NCBI GenBank assembly: GCA_965203315.1
Contig: OZ241857.1
Location: forward strand, 64,001 to 128,000
Direction: 5' to 3'
DNA length: 64,000 nt
Source of the DNA: Nitrosopumilus sp.
GTDB lineage: Archaea > Thermoproteota > Nitrososphaeria > Nitrososphaerales > Nitrosopumilaceae
Below the pieces are notes generated by a model. That model worked only from the letters and a program-made list of their open reading frames with translations. It was not told the DNA's origin and made no database searches. Both the position numbers and the translations under genes were made by a program. This document shows, in pieces, positions 42,772 to 54,776 of this stretch; positions within the stretch are counted from its first letter, which is position 1; every line of letters starts with the position of its first letter.

Positions 42772-44352
42772 TTAGACATACTCCGACAACATCTCTGATA
42801 TCTTTGTTGTACCGATATCTGCTACTAGTGGTCCAAGTCTTGGACCGCGTGTTGTACCTAGTATGATCTGATACAATACGGAAAAGAATACCTTGGGTTC
42901 GATACCATGTGTTCTAGATGTATTGTATATAGTACTGGAGATATCTTGTGGATCTTGTTTTGTAGGAATACTTGTCACCAAATCTCTTATTGCAGCACGT
43001 GTGTTAGAGTCGATCTCGATCTTTGACGTTCTCTGTTCACTAAACGTATCTGCAAACTTGCCTGCCTTTTCTATCAAAGACTCTATCTCGGGTGATGACT
43101 CTTTTATGGTACCATACTCGATAATCTTGGCCAAGACTCGTCTTACTCTATCATCTCGAAATACTTTGGCTAGTTCTATCAAGAGTCTATAGTTTAGATG
43201 TATCGACGGTTGTTTTGGTACGTCTAGTAGATTCACATACTCGTATAGACCACGCAACTTGGTCAGTTTTGCTGCATTGTCTACTTTGATCTTTCCAAAG
43301 TAAATGTCTTCGATCTCGTTGTACTCATTCATCAATGATGGAATATCTTCAAATCCTAGTTCTCTCGCACCTGTTATTCGTTTGTATAATAGCAAGAGAA
43401 TAGACTCTGGGCTACCAAATTCTAGCCATCTCTGCACTGTCATGACGTTTCCTAATGACTTTGATATCTTTTTCCCTCGTTTATCTAGAAACATCTCGTA
43501 CTTTATGTGATGGGGATGCGAAAAGTTCAAGATATTGTCTGCAACCCAATCATTTATCATAACAGAGTCCATTATGTCTTTTCCATACGCTTCAAATCTG
43601 ATATCAAATGCTGCCCATCTTGCTGCAAACTCTACCTTCCATGCTAGCTTGCCTAGGTCACGAGTGATGTCTGCACAACCCTCATGTCCACAACCTTGTA
43701 TGGTTTTGGAGCCGATCGTGGTATCTGTACACCTATAATCGATCTCTTGTCGTTCTGGATCATATCGTATGGACTCTGATGTATAGATCCGATCACATTT
43801 GGCACATACTGGAAAGTATGGCAGATGTTGTCGATACTTTTCTTGACCGACCATCTCTGATATTTTTTGACCGATCTCTGTACTCTTTTGTAATATTGTA
43901 TGTATCTGCGACTTGAGATGACCTTTACGATACGTATCTACTGCTCGTCTAAACTCATAGTTTATTCCAATTTTATCTAGTCCGTCTAACAGTATGCCAC
44001 TCATGTGCATTCCATACGAGTCACAACATCCGTATGGATCTGGAATTAGAGATACCGGCTTTGCTAAATGCTCTTCTAACGAATCTGGTAACCCTTCAGG
44101 TACCTTTCGTAATCCGTCAAGATCATCAGAGTATGCTATCAGGTGAGATTCGTACCCTATATCTTCTAGAGCAAGTTTCACTCCGTATGCTCTCACCGCA
44201 TCCCCTATGCTACCAATATGAGGAATACCCGACGCGCCAAGTCCACTCTCGACTCGTAATAGTTTTGTATCTCTTCCAAGTGACTCTTCGCGTTTTATCA
44301 TCTCATATGCTAGCTTGTCTATCCATGTTCCTCTGCCTATGATATCTACCAT
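42772..44352 (-). CDS. lysS: Lysine--tRNA ligase, class I
   Basis: SGIPHIG, GKLAWKVEF, KISKSLGN, GPRLG. Confidence 0.97.
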   Translation of the reverse strand: MVDIIGRGTWIDKLAYEMIKREESLGRDTKLLRVESGLGASGIPHIGSIGDAVRAYGVKLALEDIGYESHLIAYSDDLDGLRKVPEGLPDSLEEHLAKPVSLIPDPYGCCDSYGMHMSGILLDGLDKIGINYEFRRAVDTYRKGHLKSQIHTILQKSTEIGQKISEMVGQEKYRQHLPYFPVCAKCDRIYTSESIRYDPERQEIDYRCTDTTIGSKTIQGCGHEGCADITRDLGKLAWKVEFAARWAAFDIRFEAYGKDIMDSVMINDWVADNILNFSHPHHIKYEMFLDKRGKKISKSLGNVMTVQRWLEFGSPESILLLLYKRITGARELGFEDIPSLMNEYNEIEDIYFGKIKVDNAAKLTKLRGLYEYVNLLDVPKQPSIHLNYRLLIELAKVFRDDRVRRVLAKIIEYGTIKESSPEIESLIEKAGKFADTFSEQRTSKIEIDSNTRAAIRDLVTSIPTKQDPQDISSTIYNTSRTHGIEPKVFFSVLYQIILGTTRGPRLGPLVADIGTTKISEMLSEYV

Positions 44353-45912
44353 CTAGTTCAACTCTTTAGACATATACGGCCCATATAACGAATACCCGTT
44401 TTTGTAATAGTACTGTCTAGTACCTACTGCACTGATCACGAGGATCCTCTTTGAATCAAACTCTTCTATTGCAATTCGTTCAGCAGTTGACAAGAGTTGA
44501 CGACCAAGTCCCAAGTGTTGGACTCCATCTCGATCACGCTCTCCAATCTTTAGAGATCTTCCATAGATGTGCAACTCTCGTACTATGCATGCGTTGTTGA
44601 TCTCTCTTCTGTGTGCTGCATCGCTTGGTCTTCTAAGTCTTAAAAATCCATATATCGATTCAGAACTGTCTTCAAACGACAAGAATACTTCGTCTCCTCC
44701 AGACGACGTATAATCAATTCTGGTCATCTTTGGTGTCTCTATGGGGTTCAATCTTATCTCTCTGCATCGTATACATCGACACGATCTACCTTCCTTCTCT
44801 AATCTGATCTGAGCTAACTGCCTGAGATTTCCAGATTTAGGACCGGCTATTATCTCCTCAGTAGATATCTCACGTTGAACTCGCATTATCCTGACCCATT
44901 TGGGAATCTTGCTTTTGACTTTGGCAAGTATATTGATCATCGTCTCATCTGAATACGGTGTATATCTGCCAGCAACATATTCATCATAAAGTGGCGTATC
45001 CTTTATCACTAGTGCTGGATATATCTTGAGCATATCTGGTCGCAGATCTGGATCGCTGAAGAGTCTATTCATGTCAGTAATATCTTGCTCGGGAGTCATG
45101 GTGGGGAGCCCTGGCATCATATGTGCTACGATCTTGTATCCTGCGTCCTTTGATATTTGAAATGACTCTACTACATCTTTATAGTTGTGACCTCTATTGA
45201 CTATCTTGTAGACTTGATCTTGTAGTGATTGTACACCTATCTCTACTCTGGTCACTCCATACTCTAACATCCAATCTACATGTCTCTGTTTACAATAGTC
45301 GGGTTTTGTCTCTATGGTGAATCCAACATTTCGTATGTCTGCAATCTCGTTGTTTGATTTGGCCTCCTCTAATGTATGTGATCTGGTTCCATTTAATGCG
45401 TCATAACATGATCTCACAAAATCGATCTGATAATCTCTTGGCATAAACAGAAATGTACCTCCAACTATTACTAGCTCTGTCTTTGATGGTTCGTGACCAA
45501 ACGCTACAAGGCTATCCAATCTAGACCTGATCTGCAGCATTGGATCGTACTCGTACTTTATGGCACTCTGCGTTGATGGCTCATTACCTGTGTAACTGTT
45601 TGGCGAGTTCGACTCTATTCCTCCAGGACAAAAAGTACATCTGCCGTGAGGACACGCAAATGGTTTGGGCATTAACGCGACTATTGCTACACCAGACGAT
45701 GTCTTTGTTGGTTTCTTTATCAATATTTGTCGTAAATTATCATAATCTTGTCCCTTTGCAATCTTTAAGAGATCAACATTTCTTGGAATTCTTGCCAGTG
45801 AATACTTGGCACATATTCGCCTGATCTCTGCCTTGACTCGACCATGATCCAGTTCATCAAGACTGATCAAGTTTTGCATGATCTCGTTATACGCTCTCGA
45901 CTCTAGACTCAT
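44353..45912 (-). CDS. elp3: Elp3 tRNA U34 acetyltransferase (radical SAM + GNAT)
   Basis: CPHGRCTFCPGG, ETKPD, LKIYP, VRELHIYG. Confidence 0.96.
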   Translation of the reverse strand: MSLESRAYNEIMQNLISLDELDHGRVKAEIRRICAKYSLARIPRNVDLLKIAKGQDYDNLRQILIKKPTKTSSGVAIVALMPKPFACPHGRCTFCPGGIESNSPNSYTGNEPSTQSAIKYEYDPMLQIRSRLDSLVAFGHEPSKTELVIVGGTFLFMPRDYQIDFVRSCYDALNGTRSHTLEEAKSNNEIADIRNVGFTIETKPDYCKQRHVDWMLEYGVTRVEIGVQSLQDQVYKIVNRGHNYKDVVESFQISKDAGYKIVAHMMPGLPTMTPEQDITDMNRLFSDPDLRPDMLKIYPALVIKDTPLYDEYVAGRYTPYSDETMINILAKVKSKIPKWVRIMRVQREISTEEIIAGPKSGNLRQLAQIRLEKEGRSCRCIRCREIRLNPIETPKMTRIDYTSSGGDEVFLSFEDSSESIYGFLRLRRPSDAAHRREINNACIVRELHIYGRSLKIGERDRDGVQHLGLGRQLLSTAERIAIEEFDSKRILVISAVGTRQYYYKNGYSLYGPYMSKELN

Positions 45913-46476
45913 TACTATTCATGATATCATCTGTGATTTACATATTTTGAATTATTGACATCTATGTAATGCATGGTTCTTGCACATGTGGTGTGTCGTA
46001 CACGTGGACTCGACTCTAGATCATATCTGATCAGTATTACTGTCACATTAAACTCAATATGTATATCTTGTCTGTTTTGTGGGCTCTTGCGAGAGATACT
46101 TTTCATCATGTACACAATGGTGGAGATAATATCCGTCTACTCTACGAATATCTACAACTCTACTTTTATCTTTAAACGGATGCTCGATTGTATCATTCAA
46201 GGCTAGACTCACATCTTTCTAGACTATCTCAAGTGGATGAACATATACCGATGTGTGCTGAACGCTTTCACATTAAAGTGCGATTTCATCGATCAAGACC
46301 GTGTTTTGGTAAGCTGACAGGTTTAAGATTTGTACAAAAACATCATTGAGTACAGAACACTGTTTTGTGCATATTCATCATAGCGCTAGAATGAAAACAA
46401 GAAACGACTAGACATTTGTACTCGAGACTTGAATATCTAGTTTGACAACTATTCACTATATACGTTTATAAATTAT

Positions 46477-46491
46477 GGGGGGGGGGGGGGG
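46477..46491 (+). repeat. G15 homopolymer directly upstream of a secreted-protein gene
   Basis: tttataaattat-G15-aagttagggaagagagaatcATG. Confidence 0.9.
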
Positions 46492-47970
46492 AAGTTAGGG
46501 AAGAGAGAATCATGCTTGATAAGTGTTTGGTATTGACATTATTGCTTGTCGTACCGTTTTTGGCAACTGACGTACTCGCACAGTCAAACGGTGTCACAAA
46601 CAAGTTTGCCGATCCGCCTAAATTCCACATAGAGCATGATGGTATCGTATTTACACTTGACACCTTTGATGTCAAGACTACATTCAATGTAACACTCGGT
46701 TCACATACCGCGTATGTAGAATCTACTAATACATTCAAAGTCATGCCCAAAGTCTCTGATGAATACAAGATAAAGATTGATGCGTATCATGATACTACAC
46801 TACTTGACAGTCACACTGGTCATTATGTCTTTGCACCACTAACTATTTTTGGAAAATCAAATGAGCGTTTTTCTAGCTCGACTAACCCTGCTCTATACAT
46901 CGATTCTGATTCACCCTCCGCTCCAGATTATTATGCCAAATTTGCTCTAAACGGCAAGTCAAGAATAACTAATGATGAGAACATGATAATTGGAGATATT
47001 GTACTGGCAGCAAATAGCCGTGCTAATACACAGGCTCGTATTGTAACCGATATGTCTGATGGACTTTCAAGTGGAGCATGTACATCTGGATTATTGCGTA
47101 CAATTGATTCTAAAGATAGTCCTGATGATTATGAAATGCCATCAAATGTAGCTGGCAACTCTTTTGCGTTGGGATTTGTTTTTTCCGATTATATCTCCAC
47201 TGACTATGAGAATAATACCAAAAGTTGTACAGCTGATTTAAACTCTTTTTCCAAACCTATTGAATTTGCTCCAGCACTGCGCATAATTTTATATGATCAG
47301 AGTGGAAAAGAGGCATTCACGTTCTCACCGCGTGAAAGTAAAAATAATGCAATCCCGATGCCTAAATGCAACTCTAATACCTTTTTCTTTCCTTCGCACC
47401 GATTAATAGGTGATATAGATGCATGCTATTATGATGATGGCACAAATATAGTCATCTTTACAAAAAAACTAGAGTATTATGGAGTCACGTCCAGTTTTCT
47501 AGATGACGTAAAACCGCCGACAAATACTCATAAACAAAGTATCGACGCTACCGAGTGTAATTCTACTCAATGTCAAGTTCCTTATCGTTTTGTAAATGGA
47601 AATAAGCTGATTGGTGGAACTGACAGAGGTTTTGTATACATGGCAAATAATATGATCATTTACCCAAACAGTCTCTTTACCGGCAATCATAGTAAGGAAT
47701 GTAAGCTTGAGGCTAGTTTTAAAAATACTACCGAAGCACAAGATATGGCTGATAACGCTATTGGATTTACTTTTAAGCCTAAATCATGTAGTAGTAGTAC
47801 TCTAAGTTCACAACAATTTGAATCTACTAGATCACTGCTTGTTACACTACCTGGGAAGACTGGTACGGAATATGTGTACTCTTTCTCACCACGTGAAGAT
47901 CAGCTCAAACCCATGCCTATATCATTATGTTATGCATTTACTATTGACAAATACCCTGGACTGTTTTTCC

Positions 47971-49669
47971 GTACGAGGTTAGGTCTAAAAGATCTACCCA
48001 AAGGGACAACTTTTCTAGATAATCTAGGCTAAATCCAAATACTACCAATTATGACAATGTCTAGACAGATCGCGAGACAAAAGACTACCAAGAAAGATAG
48101 GGAGACATCTGCCAAGATAGCAGATCTAGAGGATACTGTCAAGCAGCAAAATGATACCATCGAACAACAACAAGAGACCATTACGAGTCTACAAAAACAA
48201 GTTGCAAAGCAGAAGAGAATGAATATGAAACTGTACGAGATTTTACTTGCTACAATTATGGGACTCCAAGTATCTCCAAATTCAATCAATGATTGTTTTA
48301 ATGTATTCCAAAGGATGATCAAAATTATAGAACGTGGTCAACAACTATCACAGACCAAGATTCGTAACACCAGAAAAAAGATAGAGGGTAAAAAAGAAAA
48401 GATAGAGGTACAAACAGCACAGGCCAAGAACAAAGAAACGAGACGCAAGCAGCTCGACAATTCTAACGTACCCTCATCAAAACAACCAGATCATGTAAAA
48501 AAGGGTACAAGAAAATCTAAAAGCGAATGGAAAAAAGCAGGACAAGACAAGGGTCACAAAGGAGTTTCCGACAACATAAAAACAGACAAGACAAGACATC
48601 ATAAAAAAGAAAAGTGTGATGGATGTGGCAGTAAGCATGTTGACAACAAGAGGTCTAGACAAAAGAGAACGATTGACATACAGATCATAATATTGCACAT
48701 ACTCCATATCGGATACTTTTACAACTGTAGAGATTGTGGCGCATCAGGCGATACATTCGACAGCATCCCAGACATACTACACAACACAATGTTGTGCCCA
48801 ATTCTAGGCGTGATTGCAACCATAATGAGAAAGAATGGCTGTAGTATCAGAACAATAACTAGTACTCTTCAATGCCTAGACCCGTGTATATCTAAAAAGA
48901 TGGTAACGGGGGCAATAGACACGATTGCCGATAAATTAGACAAATATGTCAAAAAAATAGAGAGAATGAACCTAAAATCCAAGGTAATCTACATGGATGA
49001 GACGTCGATGTCCCTTGCTGCGAAATTGGGATGGGTCTGGGTTCTTGTCGGCGATTATGGTACGCAATTCATCATATCGCCAGAGCGTACAAAAGATTTT
49101 CTAGAAAAAACGTTCAAAAAGTATATTCTGATACCACTCGTGTCGGATGGATATGTCGTGTACAAACTATTCAATGTACGGCAACGTTGTTGGGCGCACA
49201 TACTGCGAAATGCAAAAGATACAATGTGTGACGTACATACTGTACTAATGTACAAAAGATTACAGAAACTACTTGAAATTGCAAAAGCACTACAGGTGGA
49301 CAATCCCAATCATGTGGACATATACCTAAAATACAGAGTAGATGATCTAGTGCAAAAGACATTATCACTTGCAGCAGAGTACAAGAAACTAGACAACGAA
49401 GCTTGTCGCAAATTTGGAGTTCATTTAGCTAATGCTGCAGATGATCTATACACATTTGTGCTATACTATGGTATGGAATACACAAACAACAGAGCAGAGC
49501 GAGCTATACGATCAATGGTGCTATTCCGCAAGGTAACTCAACGTATCGTATCTGAGGAGAGTAAACGACGAGTTGGCAATATCTTTACATGTGTAACAAC
49601 ATGGGAGCAACAAGGTCTCAACGTCTATGATACACTCCTAAAAGTTGTGCGTGAGACCTAACCTCATAC
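47971..49669 (+). mobile_element. IS66-family single-ORF element, 1699 bp
   Basis: Terminal repeat GTA(C/T)GAGGTTAGGTCT; 8-bp duplication GTTTTTCC at 47963-70 and 49670-77. Confidence 0.95.
48051..49661 (+). CDS. IS66 transposase
   Basis: Coiled coil, CDGC..CRDC, MDETS, SDGY, QRCWAHILR, TNNRAERAIR. Confidence 0.96.
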   Translation: MTMSRQIARQKTTKKDRETSAKIADLEDTVKQQNDTIEQQQETITSLQKQVAKQKRMNMKLYEILLATIMGLQVSPNSINDCFNVFQRMIKIIERGQQLSQTKIRNTRKKIEGKKEKIEVQTAQAKNKETRRKQLDNSNVPSSKQPDHVKKGTRKSKSEWKKAGQDKGHKGVSDNIKTDKTRHHKKEKCDGCGSKHVDNKRSRQKRTIDIQIIILHILHIGYFYNCRDCGASGDTFDSIPDILHNTMLCPILGVIATIMRKNGCSIRTITSTLQCLDPCISKKMVTGAIDTIADKLDKYVKKIERMNLKSKVIYMDETSMSLAAKLGWVWVLVGDYGTQFIISPERTKDFLEKTFKKYILIPLVSDGYVVYKLFNVRQRCWAHILRNAKDTMCDVHTVLMYKRLQKLLEIAKALQVDNPNHVDIYLKYRVDDLVQKTLSLAAEYKKLDNEACRKFGVHLANAADDLYTFVLYYGMEYTNNRAERAIRSMVLFRKVTQRIVSEESKRRVGNIFTCVTTWEQQGLNVYDTLLKVVRET

Positions 49670-51074
49670 GTTTTTCCCAGGTGACTCTGAAACCGGCGCA
49701 AGTCCAAAAGAGTGCTATTATGACAACGGTATCGATATAAAGATACTTACGAAATATTATAGATCATATGCTGCGACAAATACTACCCTTATGAATACTG
49801 GAGGACTAGCATCTGACAGCGCTCCAGACGATTCTTCTTCTGGCAATCGTGCACCAGGCGCTACTACATTTTCTGTTCCTGTGGCATTATTGGATGGTCA
49901 ATATGCTGATGGCACTGGCACTGATGGTAATGACGATGACAAGCACAATCCACCCTCTTTTGGTAAATCACATATCACTAACAAGATGCTTGTAACCTGT
50001 GGCTACAAGATGGATGATACATGTCGTGACGTTTACGATTATCACGTAGAGTATGAACGTGATATCATACAAACTAACACCACTCACACATTTACTCTCA
50101 AGGCCTTTGTGCCAAACTTGGCTAACAGCTTTACTATTGCGTTTGGTGTGCCGGATGTTGGCACACCACTAAGTAATGCCGAAGCTAGTATCAAAGTTAT
50201 ATTGGGTATCGATTATAGTGAACCTTCATACCACTATATCGAAGATGTTGTAATATATGATCCAAATAATATCATCGATTACAACAGTACAAACACCATG
50301 GTATTGTCAACATCTTGTACTGGTGGCAATACAATGTGTACGCAAGTAACGTTTCCATCTGTACTGTTTCGTGATACTACATACCATGAGCCATTTGCAA
50401 TCCTGGTTGTAGATACCTTGCTGTACACTGCTGTCAATTATATGAATGAAGGCATATTGATTACTGGTGATTCATTAAACCCTATACCGACTGTCTCGTC
50501 TGGCATAACAGTTGATGTAGGCGATAAACCAACTAATCTGATTCTGGAACGCATAGATAAAGCCAATGATCTCTGGAAAGATATATTCGGAAACGTGTGG
50601 AGTCACAACTCGTTCGGTAACTTTGTAATTGTACAGTATGCTCCACATGCTGGAACCATACCTGTATGTGATGATATCAACGACAGAATATGTGCACCAT
50701 TCAAGGCCAAACTCGACTGGCACAACCAAAATATGATTCAACTGCGTGACTCGTTATACGATGCGTACAAGACAAAGGCATACGCCGAGATTGACAATAT
50801 ATTTACCTACGAGTTTGGCGATCTTGATTCACGTACACAAACACTGATCAATCTGGGTTGGTTAAACTAGAACAGTTTGTGTTCTATGCATCTTTTATCT
50901 AGCGAATGTTCGACTCTGATCTCAAATTCGACTGTGTAATTTACATTTGGAATAAACGAGTTCTTTAGAGATCGATAACACTTTGACATAAAAAATCCAG
51001 TTATAGATACATCTCTGCATAACTTGACGATTCACAGATTTGTGGAATGGTTTCAAACTTCAACTATGTGATGT

Positions 51075-51250
51075 GGTTCTGTTCAATTGACTGGGACTGA
51101 GATCGTTATGACGTTATCTCAAAGAACGCACAATATCCGACTCAAAATAGTAGCAATTTACGATAGCCAATGTGAGTCCGTTTCCGTATTTTGCAAAATT
51201 TTTGAGAATTTTGTGCAGAAGATGCCAACCCCCATCAATTGAACAGAACC
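51075..51250. mobile_element. MITE family C, 176 bp
   Basis: Perfect 16-bp inverted repeat GGTTCTGTTCAATTGA. Confidence 0.82.
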
Positions 51251-51291
51251 CTATTAGAAACAATAAATAAAATCTAATCTAATCGAGATAT

Positions 51292-51705
51292 ATGACGTGT
51301 ATCTTTTGTGATATTATAAATGGTGATAGAGATGGACATCTTTTATATGAAGATAGAGATCACGTTGCATTTCTAGACAAATATCCTATAGACGTAGGTC
51401 ATAGTCTTGTTGTTCCAAAGAGACATCACGAGATCATCACAGATATGTCACCAAAAGACGTAGGATCTGTATTCGCTCTTGTTCCAAAGATTGCCACTGC
51501 GATACTCAAAGCAACCACAGCTGATGCATTTAGTCTGGCTCAAAATAACGGTCATGCGGCAAAACAGATCATTCCACATGTACATGTTCACATAATTCCT
51601 AGATACAATGCACGAGGAACCGTTTGGACAAAAAGAGAGATTGCAGACGACGTCGAGTTATCTGTACTTGCAGCCAAGATCCGTAGTATCTTGAGTACTA
51701 GTTAG
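51292..51705 (+). CDS. HIT family hydrolase
   Basis: CIFC, GHSLVVPK, HVHVHIIPR. Confidence 0.95.
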   Translation: MTCIFCDIINGDRDGHLLYEDRDHVAFLDKYPIDVGHSLVVPKRHHEIITDMSPKDVGSVFALVPKIATAILKATTADAFSLAQNNGHAAKQIIPHVHVHIIPRYNARGTVWTKREIADDVELSVLAAKIRSILSTS

Positions 51706-52490
51706 CATGACCTTGGGATTGTATAGTGTCACACTCATTTGAGTAGGCTAGCCCCTCTTTTGTTTCTTACACTGTGGACTCTTTTTCCTTTACTCCTAAA
51801 ACGATTCATCCTCATCAAAAACGTCTTTTAACACATAATTTTATCCGATTTACTGCTCTATCATGATCTGTCTAAATCTGTCAAATGTTTTAAGCAAAGT
51901 CTCATATAGACCCCATTCATAATTCGGTTCTTTCTTGATACTTAGCACGATCATCTTAGCATAAACCAAAACACACTCTCATCATTATGCATATCTCTTG
52001 TTTAGTTGAATATTGATTAAAGTTATTGGCGAAATATTTGATATCCTAGAGGTAAATTTACAATGTGTTGTGAATTTATAGATCTGCATACATATTAAAA
52101 CTTGGCATAAATGGAATAGTCCAAATCACACACGTGGCACAAAAATATTCAAACTCCAATATTGGCCAAAATTGAATTATGAATACGGTCTTATGGTAGA
52201 TCAGCTTGTTTTGCCGTAGCCTTGCATATGCGGTTCAAACAGCTTAGCAAAACCGCTTTGAATATGGTGTTTTGAACAGTGAGAACTTGGATTCTGTAAA
52301 CGGTCTAAAGTTCTTTTTACGGGGCTTGTGTAATAGACCTTTCTTTGAGGCATAGAATTGATCGTTTTTACAAACCTTACAGATTGTCTTTTTCTAGTAA
52401 CATGATTCTGAATATTTGATTATGTCTAATCATTCTTCATATCCTCGAATGATTCTAAACCCAACGTTATTTGACATTAACTTCCACAAT

Positions 52491-52631
52491 AGACTGTGTA
52501 CATATTTCTTACATCATACTCGCGTTTTAAGGTACAATAAAACACAAGTGTGATTTCTAGAGGCAAATTGATTCATTGTTGTCATGTTTGATGATTGGAC
52601 ATGGGCACTCTTAATAACATGCATACAGTCT
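52491..52631 (-). mobile_element. MITE family A, 141 bp, reverse orientation
   Basis: Reverse complement of the 11303 element; AAT on both flanks. Confidence 0.88.
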
Positions 52632-52866
52632 AATAGTTCTAGCGGTTCTAGACAACTAGTCATCCAATTTACACAAGTTTACATAATACCTTGTGTTTGG
52701 TATTATGAACATTTTTCATTCTAAAAGTAAACTGGATTTCTGATCATACATAGACCGACAAACAATTCTGGTTGTGGTTATATTTGAATTGAGACAAGAT
52801 GTGTATCTTTGCGTCATAGTCTTTAACTGATCAAAGATCTAAGGCTGGGCGATTCTAGCGTATCGT

Positions 52867-54084
52867 CTATGTTACTTCTTGCTTTTGTTCTTTTTTGTAT
52901 TCTATCTTTAACCATATTGGTGTAATGATGGTAGTTACTGCAACCATTATGACTATGGTTGAATATACATCTGAATTTAGTATGCCTTGTGAAATACCAA
53001 CTCCTGCGACTATTAATCCTACTTCTCCTCTAGAGATCATTCCGATGCCGACTCGCATTCCTTGTGCTCTGTTCTTCAAGAAAAAGATCGAAGGCAATCC
53101 ACACCCCAGCAACTTTGTTGCAATGGCTATAACAATTATTATGGCACTTATCCACAGTATGTTTAGATCTACTGCTCTAAGATCCACTTGTGCACCGACT
53201 ATCGCAAAGAAGAGTGGCGCAAATATTAATCCAATCTTTTCTGCATAGTGTTCTACTTTGTCAAAGACTTTTGCTGTCGATAATGCCATTCCAATCGCAA
53301 ATGCTCCAACTATGGGCGAAAGACCAAGCGTTCCTGCAAGAGCTGCGGCACCAAAGAAAGCCGCTGTGGCGATTCCTTCTACGCCCCCTTTTGCCTTCCA
53401 AATTCTTGGTGTGATTATTCTTGGAATTATTACCACAGCTGTTATTAGCATTGCAGCAAAGAATCCTAATACTTCTAGTATTGTTATTGTGACCTGGGTG
53501 ATATCTATTGATTCAACACCTGTTTCTGACGCTGCTATTGACGATACCACTGAAAGGACAGCTATTGCAAGTATGTCGTCTACAACAGCCGCACCTATTA
53601 TGAGTCTGGCTTCTGGCGTCTTTATCTTTCCAAACTCATTCAACACTTGAATCGATATCGCGATGCTTGTCGCTGTAAGTGCAGTCGCGATAAGCATTGA
53701 CTGTAATGCATCAAATCCAAAGAATTGGAGTACGAGTAACCCTGTAAAGAAAGGCACAACTACCCCGAGCGTTCCAACCGTAAATGATGCCTTACCTCCT
53801 CTAAAGAACTCTTTGGGAGTCATCTCGAGTCCAGCCATGAAGAGGATTACTACTGCACCCATCTCTCCTAATACCTTTATCTCATTAGTGATCTGTAACA
53901 GACTGCGTCCATCTATGACAAATAGTGATCCTAACGCAAACGGACCCACAATCATTCCAGCAAGCAACTCACCTAGTACTATGGGCAGCTTTAGTCTCAG
54001 GAAGAGTTCTGCCATCAATTTTGCGGCAAATAATAGAATACCTACCTCGATTATGGTCTCGATGAAATGAGTCTCTGCTGCCAT
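52867..54084 (-). CDS. CPA2 cation:proton antiporter
   Basis: GELLAG, ATSIAIS, AAVVDD, ISRGEV. Confidence 0.94.
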   Translation of the reverse strand: MAAETHFIETIIEVGILLFAAKLMAELFLRLKLPIVLGELLAGMIVGPFALGSLFVIDGRSLLQITNEIKVLGEMGAVVILFMAGLEMTPKEFFRGGKASFTVGTLGVVVPFFTGLLVLQFFGFDALQSMLIATALTATSIAISIQVLNEFGKIKTPEARLIIGAAVVDDILAIAVLSVVSSIAASETGVESIDITQVTITILEVLGFFAAMLITAVVIIPRIITPRIWKAKGGVEGIATAAFFGAAALAGTLGLSPIVGAFAIGMALSTAKVFDKVEHYAEKIGLIFAPLFFAIVGAQVDLRAVDLNILWISAIIIVIAIATKLLGCGLPSIFFLKNRAQGMRVGIGMISRGEVGLIVAGVGISQGILNSDVYSTIVIMVAVTTIITPIWLKIEYKKEQKQEVT

Positions 54085-54776
54085 GATTGATTATGAAATA
54101 ATCGTAATATAAGAACTACTAGTCATGGTTATGCTGTGAGCTGAGATCTGATATGTTGAGATTCAAAATTTAAAGCGCGGGTGTTTTTAACTGGTTGTGA
54201 GTTGAGACCTTGCCACAACAACTCTTCAAAACATGATTAGTAAATCTAATGATCGACTGGTCTACACAAAAATATTGTGGCATGATGTTTGGATAACCTC
54301 GAGGATTTACACACAACGCTGTTCTTCGTCAAGATTTGAGGAACAATGTGGTGATATGTACAGATGGATACAATATGAATGAGTACTTTCACTCATAGTA
54401 TGTAGATTGGAAACATCTAGATGGTATCTGTTCAACTGCTTATCTGGATGTTGTCTTTAGACTTGTGACAGTATTGGCATATTTGAACATCTATGTAGAA
54501 TACATCTGAAGAAAAATATAGAATGTCAAAAACAATACCTATAGTTCATGGGCCTAAATTCTATCCAAATCTGAAGTCGAAAGCAATAGTGTGTCCAAAT
54601 CTTAGACAAGACTGTCAGAATTGTCTACGTTCTTGCACGAGTGAGGCATCTACAAACCTGTGACAAAACACAACAACTGTTTTTTATACGTCTGTCTTAC
54701 ATCAACTCTGACCTCTTTACATTCTACATACGCAGTGTGCAGATGCGCAAGCTAGACTTTAAATTATGTTCCAACT

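Larger units (their letters stand above)
46512..50870 (+). pseudogene. Large secreted protein (883 aa reconstructed) split by IS66
   Basis: 46512-47970 joined to 49678-50870 is one open frame: GLFF|PGDSETGASPKECYYDNG..TLMNTGG; signal peptide present. Confidence 0.9.

Noticed and set aside
49791-50870. Independent 359-aa gene
   Set aside because: It is the 3' part of the IS66-interrupted gene; the frame is continuous across the target duplication.
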